Shown: one piece after another, positions 1-10,725 of the stretch
How the letters are laid out: every line of letters starts with the position of its first letter
How positions within the stretch are numbered: position 1 is the first letter of the stretch
Assembly: GCA_022813965.1 (NCBI GenBank)
Contig: JALDZS010000230.1
Span: forward strand, 1-34,479
DNA length: 34,479 nt
Direction of reading: 5' to 3'
Origin: Toensbergia leucococca
Lineage: Eukaryota
Notes under the pieces: model-generated
What the model saw: only the letters and a program-made list of their open reading frames with translations
The model's database searches: none
Told to the model about the DNA's origin: nothing
Program-made: the position numbers and the translations under genes

Positions 1-1540
1 GGTAAGCTCGTCTGATCAAGCTATGCTATCCTCGGCGAGTCAAGCGGGAGATAGCGCAGTAGTGTACGGCCAAGATGTATTTCGCATTCGAAGATTTTCT
101 TTGCGATGGTGATTGTGATTGTTGATGTGAATGGGGGCAGAAGTGATTACAGACCGGAATGATGAATGAGTTGTCGTTGGCTCTAAGTTGCCTGAGACGG
201 CGATTGTTATCCACACATGTAAGCTCAAGCGATGAAGAAGTGTGATTTGAGCAGTACAATTTATTGCTACCGAGGCGATGGTGGTGTTGACGTTGAATGT
301 TGATTGAATATCCGTAAACTGTTGTTGCTTGCTCCAAAACTAGGGGACTCCCGTTTCGCCTATTTCTCTCGGGAGGGGACTCCAATTGGGTAAGAGCTTC
401 ATCACTTATTCATATCATAATTGCAACGACAAGATGAGCACAACTGATCAAGCTATAAGATCTTCAGTAATCGTGTGGATTGGAGACAGGACTAGGAATG
501 AGACTTTGGAGACAGCCACGCGACGCACTGACGGGCTTAGAATAGCTTACATCACAACATGTGACTATATCCGGCCTAGCACCTGACAGCGAGCGTTTGA
601 AAGTCAATTGATGTGATACGATTGGTCAAGGGAGTTGGGTGCAAGGCACAAGGCTGTGATGCCTTTTGATGGACATCCACCATGTGTAGTAGACATCACT
701 GGTGTTCATAGATAGCAACGACATTGAGAATCAGTTTATACTCATCTTGTGCGGTCTGCAAGCCACTAATACCAGGCCTTTTCCATCACCATCAATGAAT
801 GCAAGACGATATGCTTGGATCTCTTATTTAGGTACATAAACTCCTTACTTACGAAGAAAGACCCATTGCTTGTAAGCCCAGCAATGTGATGGCAATACCT
901 ATCACGCTCAGGCTGCCGCACCTGCAGTGTTCCTTCGCACTTTCTTGCTCTTCTAATCATCATCATCGAGAGCCTGAAGAGCCTCTGTGTCCAGATGATC
1001 ATCGAAAAGACTGAGACAATCGGGCTCATCACGTTTATCTCTCATAACGGCGATACTAGTGACAGGAAGAGGAATAGCTGTTTCTATGTGTGGGGTGGTG
1101 TGGAAACCAGTACGATGAAGGTTGGAGAAGAGATGGAAATTCTGTTGACCGTATAAAATATGTCGAAAGGCAAGGAGTACACAAATGTTGTTATGATCGA
1201 TGGCGATATGTGCGTGGAAATAGCCTACCATGGGTGGGTTATTATGATCATGAAGAGAAGGTAAGCCGGTTCTCATTGTCGTTGCCATCCACCAATGTCC
1301 GTAGGACTTGATTTTACCTTCATAGGTGATGAGAATCACTAATGGCGTGAGTCAGCTGTCATGGAAGCCTAATCTCATGTCCGCATGAAGTTCAGACTCT
1401 CAGATTCACTCATGCACCCTCCCTCAAGATTCTTTCGATGGTTTGGGAGTTCAAGACACGCTATCCTCGGTAATCGACAGTTGTACATATGGCTCACGTC
1501 TCCTCCATCTTTACATCATCACACTTCCTCAAATCCAGTG

Positions 1541-3143
1541 ATGGCCGTATCAGCCGCTGCTGCCCATGATCTTGTTTCTTTTATTAATGCTTCACCCACT
1601 CGTAGGATATTACATAATGTTCGAATACACTGATATGTTTTGCTGAGTTTAAATAGCTTTCCACGCAGTCGCTTCGGCAAAGCAAAAGCTTGTCAAAGCT
1701 GGATTCAAGGAAATTAAGGTATTGCACGAATGAAAATTAAGAGCATATGAAGTCTTACAAGGTGTATAGGAAAGAGAGGCATGGGCATCGATATGCGAGC
1801 CAGGCGGCAAGTACTATCTTACTCGCAATGCTTCGACGATTCTCGCGTTTGCAATCGGGAAGAAGTGGAAGCCTGGGAACCCCGTGGCCATGATTGGCGC
1901 ACATACCGACTCACCATCCTTGCGAGTCAAGCCCGTAAGTAAGAAACAGAGTGATGGGTTTATACAGATCGGTGTTGAAACGTACGGAGGAGGACTATGG
2001 CATACTTGGTTTGACCGCGATCTCAGCATAGCAGGAAGAGCTATGGTCAAAACTGCAGAAGGAACCTACGTACAAAGACTAGTCAAAGTGGATCGGCCAA
2101 TTCTCCGTATACCTACTTTGGCGATCCATCTAGACCGCCAGGAAACTTTTACATTCAATAAAGAGACACAATTGTTCCCCATCGCAGGACTTGTCGCAGC
2201 AGAGCTAAATCGTCAACGAGAAAGGGGCTCGAAGTCGGACGAAACGATGGTTGATGAAGAATCTGAAACAACGCCGTTCAAACCTCTCAAGGTCCTCACT
2301 GAGCGCCATCACCCCTATATCATCGAGCTCATCGCCGAGGAAGCTGAGGTCAACCCCTCGGATGTCATCGACTTTGAAATGATATTATATGACACGCAAA
2401 ATTCATGCATCGGTGGTCTTAATGAAGAGCTTATATTCTCTGCCCGCCTTGATAACCTCGAAATGTCCTACTGCAGCACCATGGGTCTAATCAACTCTTT
2501 AAAGTCCTCTTCGTCACTCGACGACGAGTCCTCTATCCGCCTAATCTCGCTATTTGATCACGAAGAAATCGGCAGCCAGACTGCTCAAGGAGCCGACTCG
2601 AACCTGCTCCCTGCAATTATTCGTCGTCTGTCTGTGCTTCCATCGGCTTCATCCTCTGATTCGGACAAGTCATATGAGAAGGTTGAATTTGAGCCAGACC
2701 TAGCAACCACTTATGAGCAGACGCTATCTTCGTCATTCCTTATCTCTGCAGACATGGCCCATTCCGTAAACCCAAACTACTCTGCGAAGTATGAACCGGA
2801 CCATCGCCCTGAGATGAATAAAGGCACTGTCATCAAGATCAACGCTAACGCTAGATATGCTACGAATTCACCAGGAATAGTTCTCCTGCAAGAAGTTGCC
2901 AGCAGGCAGAGCGTTCCGTTGCAGCTCTTTGTTGTGCGCAATGATTCGAGTTGTGGGAGTACCATTGGTCCAATGCTCTCGGCGGCCATGGGGATAAGAA
3001 CATTGGACTTGGGAAATCCACAGTTGAGTATGCACAGTATAAGGGAGACTGGTGGAGTCTATGACGTGGAATATGCCATCAAGCTGTTTGAGAGCTTTTT
3101 TGAGCATTTCTCCGAGTTGGAGAGTAAGATCTGTGTAGATTAG
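1541..3143 (+). CDS. APE4: Aspartyl aminopeptidase (peptidase M18, DNPEP/Ape4 family); exons 1541-1601, 1657-1718, 1770-3143
   Basis: Spliced N-terminus MAVSAAAAHDLVSFINASPTPFHAV... M18 motifs GAHTDSP, HTWFDRDL, IPTLAIHL, RLDNL, FDHEEIGS, SADMAH, CGSTIGP, MHSIRE. Both introns are GT..AG and keep the frame. Confidence 0.95.
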
Positions 3144-3371
3144 TTAATGAAAGGGTGGCTGAACTAATCTATGAATGAGTTGGCCCTCATATGGCGCACA
3201 ATCAATTGAACAAAAGTACATGAATGTTGGCCTTATCGTCGTGCATCAATGACGCAGCTGTCTTTTTAGGGTTTGGGTCAACCTTATCTACCTACATTTA
3301 TCAAAAATACTGTAGGTAGGCAGAGGCACCCAAACCCATTCTACTAGACGACACCTGACGGGTTGAATCTG

Positions 3372-4649
3372 ATGGCGGAAACACCTCAATACCTGACAGG
3401 TGATAAGGGGGGTATCGAAGAATTCATTAACAAATTCGACGTAAGTCTAAAACCCTTGAATATATTTAATATACCTGCGGGAGAAGAGCTCACTCGTGGC
3501 TAAATTCTTGACCTCCTCTTTCGCTTCAGCTAACATCAATTGAGATCCTAGGCTGACCCCAAACCCAGGTCTTCCTCTTCGACTGCGATGGTGTGTCCCC
3601 TTCCAGCTCTCCTCATCCCCTCGCACAGCGCCTCGTCTCCATCTAGAAACGCACGTAGCAAGCAATAGCTGATGAGGTAAGGAGAAGCACAGGCGTCCTC
3701 TGGTCAGGCGCCCACCTCTTCGAAGGCACAGTCGAGACTCTAGAGCTGCTACGAAGTAAAGGTTAGCTTTCCTCTCCTTCCACTCTCAATTTTTGAGATT
3801 CCAACACTCTACACCAGGCAAGCAAATTGTCTTCGTCACAAACAATAGCACCAAATCCCGCGCCGACTATAAAAAAAAGCTCGACGACATGGGCATCCCT
3901 GCCCAAGTTGTAAGTTGCCCCTCTCCCTTGCCATCCCCGCAATTACCAAAATCCCAACTGACCCTCTCCCGCCTTCCTCCACAAAGGACGAAGTCTTCGG
4001 CTCCGCCTACAGCGCCGCAATCTACATCAGCCGCATCCTCACCCTCCCGCCAAACAAACGCACCGTCTTCGTCCTCGGCGAATCCGGCATCGAAACCGAG
4101 CTGTCTTCAGAAAAAATCCCCTACATAGGCGGCACAGATCCATCCCTCAACCGCGTCATGGAACCCTCAGACTACACCTCCATAGCCTCAGGCTCCGCTC
4201 TCGACCCCTCCGTCGGCGTCGTCCTCGCCGGTCTGGACTTTCACCTCAACTACCTCAAACTCGCCCTCGCCTACAACTACCTCCGCAAGGGCGCCGTCTT
4301 CCTCGCCACAAATACGGACAGCACTTTGCCTTCGGCCGGCGCGCTGTTCCCCGGTGCGGGCGCGATCCATGCGCCGTTGATCAAGATGTGGGGGAAAGAG
4401 CCGGTGGCGTTGGGGAAGCCGAGCCAGGCTATGATGGATGCGATTGAGGGGAAGTTTCATTTTGAGAGGGAGAGGGCGTGTATGGTTGGGGATCGGCTGG
4501 ATACGGATATCCGATTTGGGATTGAGGGAGGGCTTGGGGGGACGTTGGCTGTGTTGACGGGGGTGAGTAAGAAGGAGGAGTGGGAAGGCGAGGGGAAGGA
4601 GGTGGTGCCGATGGCTTATGTGGATCGGTTGGGGGACTTGGTTGGGTGA
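3372..4649 (+). CDS. PHO13: HAD-IIA 4-nitrophenylphosphatase / phosphoglycolate phosphatase (Pho13-like); exons 3372-3440, 3569-3590, 3693-3761, 3818-3909, 3987-4649
   Basis: After splicing: HAD motif I FLFDCDGVLW, VTNNSTKSR, ATNTD, GKPS, MVGDRLDTDI, VLTGV. Confidence 0.92.
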
Positions 4650-5217
4650 GAGGACTGCTGGTGTTGTCTTGTTCATAGATGGTTTGATAGGTGGTAACGA
4701 GGATAGACGTACGGATAGAAGGGCAATATCGTACCACCTCACATTTCTCCCTCTTCAAATCTACCAAATGGACTTTATCTTCTCTCACGAAAGAAACGGA
4801 AAAGTCTCTCTAGAATGCGAATCAAGTGCGTGATACCGTGCTTTTTCCATGTAAGCCTATATTCTGCTTAGTCTAATCGAGGTGGTGTCACGAGGGGCAG
4901 GTCTATTGGTGTGGGGTTGAGACCAGGCAAGGAGTTCTTGTGGGGAAAAGGGGGATGGTTGAACTGAGGTGGAGTTCGTGGAGGGAATTTCCAAAGTGGA
5001 GTAGGGCGCATGTAACGGAACCAGGGAGGGGGGGTGGAGGGGGGGGTGATCAGGAAAGGGAAACGAGGGTAACAAGCGGGAGTTGAGGATGACAAGCTCC
5101 CAACAAGGACTAATGGAACAGCAGCCTCTAGTTGAACCAAAAAAATCAGCTCAACAGGCCCGATGAGGTTTTTTTGTTATCATACCACTTTGCTCAAGCG
5201 TTCAATCGTTATGCATT

Positions 5218-6192
5218 TCATAATATTAATCTCCCCGGCTCAGCCTGCAAGATCGTCTTGACACGTTCCAAGAACACCCGAGCGCGCTTCTCCTCCCCCC
5301 TCGGCACACTAACACTGAAGACATTCGTAGCAGCACCCGAACCACTCCCAGCCATAGTGCCTACCGGAGGTACTCCAAGATCTGAAGGCGCTGATCTTGA
5401 TGGTGCGCCCGTTAGTAAGTCGATTATATCGAGCTTCCTCGCTGGACCGGCTGGCAATTGAAAGGGTCTTGCTGGTAGTGCTGTGATTTGAGGGGTGAAG
5501 CTTCCTCGCGAGGTTTTAGAATTGATTTTGTCGAGACCGAGGACTTGGTTGAAGAGCTCGTTTGCTGTAGGAGCGGTGGTTGTGGAGCGGGGGAGGTCGT
5601 CGTTGGCGACTTCTGTGGCACGGGCGATGAATGTAGAGAGGGGAAGTGTGATGCCTAGGGTGGTTTGTAGGCGCTTCTGGACTTCGAGGACTGCTTTGAA
5701 GGAAATAGAGACGGCGATTTCGGTGTCTGGTTCTGGCGCTGGAGCCGCGGCTTTGGGATCTGATGGCATGGTGCTACTTGGAGGCGGCTCCATTGATTTT
5801 GGAGGGGCGATCTTGATGTTGCTGAGATCAAGATGGGCTAGGTGGGTTATTCGTGCGGATTGGTCGGAGGAGTAGGAGGATTTGATGGTGCCCACGTAGG
5901 CGAGGACATCGCCTTTGAGGAGACGGCCTTTGGGGCCGCTGGCGGGGATTTTGTCGACTTCGGATTGGGAGATGCCGTTTTCGTGGAGGGTTTGAGAGAC
6001 GGAGGGCGTCAATGGATATTTCTGGGCCGCGAGTATCCTGGCGGATGTTTGGAAGTCTTTAAGAGAGGAATGTAAGTTATTCATTCAGCACATCGGAGCT
6101 TGGTTGGACCAACCTCTGGAGGATGCATTGCGGTACAAAGACCGGCTTGAGAGCCGAGTAACCTCTTTGGATGCCACAGTGAAAGACGCCAT
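5218..6192 (-). CDS. PDX1: Pyruvate dehydrogenase complex E3-binding protein (protein X), 305 aa, lacking a lipoyl domain; exons 6192-6114, 6056-5218
   Basis: Mitochondrial presequence MASFTVASKEVTRLSSRSLYRNASSRDFQTSARILAAQ. E3-binding domain IPASGPKGRLLKGDVLAYVG. Pezizomycotina-type core-binding region (HLDLSNIK, PLSTFIARATEVANDDLP, DIIDLL, EEKRARVFLERVK..EPGRLIL). The 57-nt intron GTTGGT..AAAG keeps the frame. Confidence 0.88.
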
Positions 6193-6426
6193 TAAGTTTA
6201 CTTACGCCTTCAATGGAATCGTGGGTATTTGAAGAAGCTTTCACTCTGAATTTGGGTTGCTTCCTCAGGATGTTGGGAGTTGGGAGCAAGGCGAATTGGT
6301 GCGAAGCTACGGAGTATTCTAGCTGGTAACAACTTAGCGCCGGCGAAACTATGACCGACCTCCCACTGCAGTTGTGGTTCGAGAATAAACACCGCAATCG
6401 ATTTGTATTGTATTGGACGCTGAACA

Positions 6427-7441
6427 ATGGTTGAAAGATGTGTGAGGTATGTGCTCGGATGTGGATATTAAAATGTCCCGAAATTAATGGGTTCTTAGCC
6501 ATCGAATTCTCTCTAAAACCGCTTCGCAATGGGTCTCTTCACAATCTCGGGCTCCCCTTTTCATCAGTTCACGGCCGAAATGTCCTTTCAGTACAAGTAT
6601 TCGGTGCCTAGGGGCAAGCCAACCTCGTGCGACGCCGACTCCTAAGAAAGCAGAGAGTGCCTCAAAGCCATTGATGGTAACTCCAGCCTCCTACAAAACC
6701 TTTGCCGATACCCTAGCAATTCGCTCATCTCCTACGCTTCTCTATCTGGCCTCGTCTCATACCCTCTACATTACTGGGTGCTATGTAGTCGGTGGCCTGT
6801 GCATCGCAACTGCAGGTGTAAACTTTTACACTCAATACCTCCATCCGGGAGAAGATGTACCTGTGTGGATCCCAGTCGTCATGGGCGGTTTCTGCGTCTT
6901 GATGGCATTCGTTGGAACACGAGTGATTCTTGGTGTAGGGTTTCTTCCCCATCAGAATAAGACGATATGCTGATTAGATCTTTAGTCTTATAGACTCATT
7001 CATTCCATAACTGCTGTTCCGCCTTCCTCACGAGGCGGACCACGAACTTTATTACTACAAATCGAAAACTCGGCAATGTTGCCAGGTATAAGACCGAGCT
7101 CAATTTTAGTGCCTTATAGTGACGTGGGCTTGTCCTCACCAATCCAAAAGGTCCGGGAGATCCTTACAGCAGCTGAACTCGCCCAGAGACGTGCACAGGA
7201 AGCAAAGGAACATCACATCGATATGTCCTATATCTTGACCCTACCTTTTAGGCAAATTAGCTTTTGGATTCGAAGGGGCTTTAAGAAGATCTTACCTGCC
7301 ATGAGGAGAGTCTGGAATAAAGAAGGGTTCGCTTATGTCAAGATCAAGGGACGGAATGGGACTTGGAAGCTCGACAAAGATAAAGCCTGGGCATTGGATA
7401 ACGGAAGAACCCTTGATCGATTGTTGAACCAGAAGCTGTAA
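6427..7441 (+). CDS. Hypothetical protein, probably a mitochondrial membrane protein with two TM helices; exons 6427-6446, 6499-6934, 6986-7441
   Basis: Introns GTATGT..TTAG (6447-6498) and GTAGGG..TTAG (6935-6985) join ORF-track pieces 6671-6973 and 7076-7441 into one frame. The N-terminus is S/R-rich and ends ..PFSTSIRCL. Two hydrophobic segments (LYITGCYVVGGLCIATAGVNFY; VPVWIPVVMGGFCVLMAFVG). Confidence 0.7.
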
Positions 7442-7982
7442 TCATTGTTAACACTCTCGAGGCTTTCCTAGCAATCTGGAAGCCATTCATATGGTATGAT
7501 CGACCCATACATACCATACTCACGTTCCGTCTTCATGATTAATGGAGTTGACCTTTGCATCGCATGAAAAGTTATTTCTCTTTTCCAAAAGAATGATCAT
7601 AACACTTATGACTTTTACAGCTTCTCGGAAAGCGGACATGGAGAAGCAGGGTACGAAACTAACCTTAGCAGAGCGACAATCTTTGACTTGATCTGTGTAT
7701 GTTGCTACATTTAGCTGTGTGTAAATACACAACTTTCTTAGACGCCTATTGTCTATAATATGCTAAAATTCCTGTCTGCTAACATACACAAAAAATCCGC
7801 TTTTATTTCCATATAGAGGTACCCAACGTCGCAGTATAATAAGCTTGAATCCATAGTCGAACCTCGACAAAGCCCACCTTATGACCAAGCACATCAAATT
7901 CATCGCGCACAAGAAATTCGCTAGTCTGAATTTATACACTCCATGTGCTGAATCAATCTGTGGACAAGACCTGTTCATGCAC

Positions 7983-9005
7983 TTATTGCTCCTTGTACAA
8001 CCCCGCTCCACGGCAGTATATCAACCAATCAGTAATACGCTCCTCGATGGCGATGTTTTCAAGACGTGCCGACTCTCTAAGTCTGATATGGTCCACCGTC
8101 GATTGTGTTTCGTCCAAGATGCACCATTGCGCAAGGATCTCTTCGTCAGATTCAGGTGGCGTTCTCGAATCATCATCCTCCGACGTCAACATTTCGATCT
8201 CGTATAGGCCAAGGTCGCTGACAGAAGTTGCCGGCTTTGGGGGCGGAAATGGCTGTATTCCGATGCTTTCCGACGGCTGCAGAGCGTCCTCCTCATGGTG
8301 AGGCAATGGATTCACCCCCATGGGAGGCAATTGTTCCGCTCCAATGCGTTCCGGTTGCTGGTATGCTACCCTGGCAGTCGTTGACGACCAGAGTCCTGCG
8401 GCGCTTCCTAACGGCAGCCAAGCTTCTCTGGGATGACTCACCCCACGATCAAGCCTAGCCTGCCGTGCTGGCCGCAAGGTTCCAATAGCATCGTTCGACA
8501 ACAAAGGAACTGATGTCGTTGCGGATTGCCTCCGTATCATATCCCGAGAAAGAGGGGCTCGAGAGAATGTAGCGATTTGTGGGGGCGGCAAACTTTCTCT
8601 GGCTACATTCAACAACGGAGGGACCGCAGCACCCAGCAACGATCCCGAGATTCTGCTGCCTCCGATTGGAAATGGAGGACCTGCTGTACCCTGCGATGGC
8701 AGCAAATGCCCGTGCGAAGGAGGCAATTCGGATAGTCTTGGCGCCATCTGAGACCCTGTCCCTTGCCTGTTGGAGGTAGGATCAGCCGGATTAAGGCCCT
8801 CGAGGCCCTGAGCACTCTGTCGCCTCCAAAAGAACAACTACTCCTCGTACAGGTTCTGGATGCTCCCAACGCTCACCCGTATATGGCTCGGCACACTTTG
8901 GCAAAACACGCGGTATTTCATCCCAGGGCCAAGACGAGTAAATGCCGACTCGATCGCTTGCTGGCTTGGAGGCATTGCTGTAGCCCGTGGTGCTTGTGGT
9001 GTCAT
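7983..9005 (-). CDS. Orphan P/S/R-rich protein. The frame is open from ATG 9005 but has an in-frame TAG at 8840-8838 (39-nt intron, nonsense allele or pseudogene).
   Basis: The 284-codon ORF 7983-8837 is preceded in the same frame by MTPQAPRATAMPP...QNLYEE*. No recognisable domain. Confidence 0.4.
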
Positions 9006-9351
9006 TATTGTAGGTACTTTGACTTCTTGTAGGGGTGCAGTGTGGTGTGAATGGAGGTTGAGGAAGATGTTGCTGTTGTTTGAGGAAGCTTTGAACTTGG
9101 AGGCTCGCTGATGTACGAGAGTATTCCTTCTTTCGACTGAGTTTGGTTAATGATTAAGGCAGTCAACTTGTGTTTGAAGAGAAAGAGCTGAGAGTAATTC
9201 TACAGGAAATATATTATATCTTTGACATGGGGGGATCCTGTCCCTTCTTATGGCTGTCCAGAGCAGGACACCGCAGCAAAGTTCACACCATTCCATGACT
9301 CCTCTGCGTACTTGCAAAAGTATTTCCCACGACCTTTCCTTCTTGTGGGCT

Positions 9352-9438
9352 GCTACTCGTACTTTCCAGATATGAGTTACCTCGCTTGGTGAGAACGCTA
9401 TCAAGCGAGGTAACTCATATCTGGAAAGTACGAGTAGC
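9352..9438. repeat. Perfect 37-bp inverted repeat with 13-nt spacer (hairpin/cruciform)
   Basis: Left arm 9352-9388 GCTACTCGTACTTTCCAGATATGAGTTACCTCGCTTG, spacer GTGAGAACGCTAT, right arm 9402-9438 is the exact reverse complement. Confidence 0.97.
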
Positions 9439-10725
9439 TCTGGGTACCTGTGCCCCCGAGGAAAGGACTTGACTTTTTTTCCTTTTTTTCCTTTTGATAG
9501 GGCAAGGGTTCATGGCTGGGTTTGGTTTAGTGCTGAATTTATATTTTTCTTTTTTTGGTGGGCCGGGGAATAAAGGTATCGCGGGAGCTTAAAATTGACG
9601 GTTGGAAAAATGGGGAGTTTACATCCTTCCATTCTCTCTCGTTTCTTAAATCTCGCTACCGTTGTACCTTTTCTGTGTTTCATAAAGTCTGGTGGTTCCA
9701 CCTGAGTGGAAGTATCAAGTCTCATAGGGTGATGGATAGTATTCGTGAGACTTATATATGAGGGTTCTTCTTGTTGTAGCAATAATAGCAATGACAGCCT
9801 CGGTGAAGAACGAAAGGCTGCGTTACTTCACCCTGACACCAAACAAACCCTCAGAGCAAATTTCTTTTCAAACCTCATCGCCCATCATCTGATTTTCCCC
9901 TCTCGAGGAAATAAGTCTGCGAGTATTCTTGCCCGCCGGGGATTCATATCTACCCCAACCTGCATGCATGCAAGAAACCGCCCCCCACCCCCTTCTTTTT
10001 CTTTGGTTCCTATTGCGAGTCTGCTCGGTGAAACCAGGGCAGCCATCACTGTACGCTGGGCTGACCTCGTCTGGACTAGGGATATGCATTTTTTTTTTAA
10101 TGAGTCAATGTTGGATTGGATTTATTATGACTTTCTGCGATCTGTGCTTTTGGTAGGAGGGTGGCAGGAGAATATTAGGTATACAGGAGAGAGAGGGCAG
10201 ATGTCGACAGTTACACCTGCGATAAAAGAGGCGAATTATTTTCTATCAAAGTAAAATCTGTTCTTTCAGGGTCGATGGGATGGATGCTCGATTTTGGTTA
10301 GTCAGTTGCGAGGCCTTTTCACATATGGTTTTGTGTCGAGTGTTGGGAACGGCGTTCTTGTTATTTGTCAGAGCAGGAAAGTCATCCAAAGAAAGAAGGA
10401 AAATGTGCATGAAATGATAAAAACCTTTTTTTACTACTCCATCACTTGTTTGCCGAATTTTGGACTGCTGCAAAAGTAAAGTGTTAATTGAGACCAGCAG
10501 ATGAATGAGGTGAACATAAAATTAACCCGGGTTACGGGTAGGGCCAGTGAATCGAATTCTCTGCATTTGGCCATGTATGGCGTATCATATCCATATCCGT
10601 ATTCACAAAAGCCACCACGTCCAAAAAAGCAAAAAGCGAAGACCGCCATATTGAAGTGCTGATCGTAGGCACGCAAATCATTTCTATCCTACATTACTCT
10701 GGGTTCTCCGAAACACATGAAAAAT

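Noticed and set aside
12..456. 13-bp direct repeat CTGATCAAGCTAT (12-24, 444-456)
   Set aside because: Only two short copies with poorly matching flanks; not enough for an LTR, TSD or array.
5024..5070. G-run cluster (possible G-quadruplex) between convergent PHO13 and PDX1
   Set aside because: G/C homopolymer runs are common throughout this window, so it is not distinctive.
7490..7518. 9-bp inverted repeat TATGGTATG/CATACCATA after the 7441 stop
   Set aside because: Short enough to occur by chance; eukaryotic context, so not an intrinsic terminator.
9745..10254. 169-aa ORF, and a small hairpin (about 10021-10042) followed by a T-run as a possible Pol III RNA
   Set aside because: GTG start, runs through poly-T, no protein motif. 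The hairpin is short and lacks SRP/tRNA consensus.
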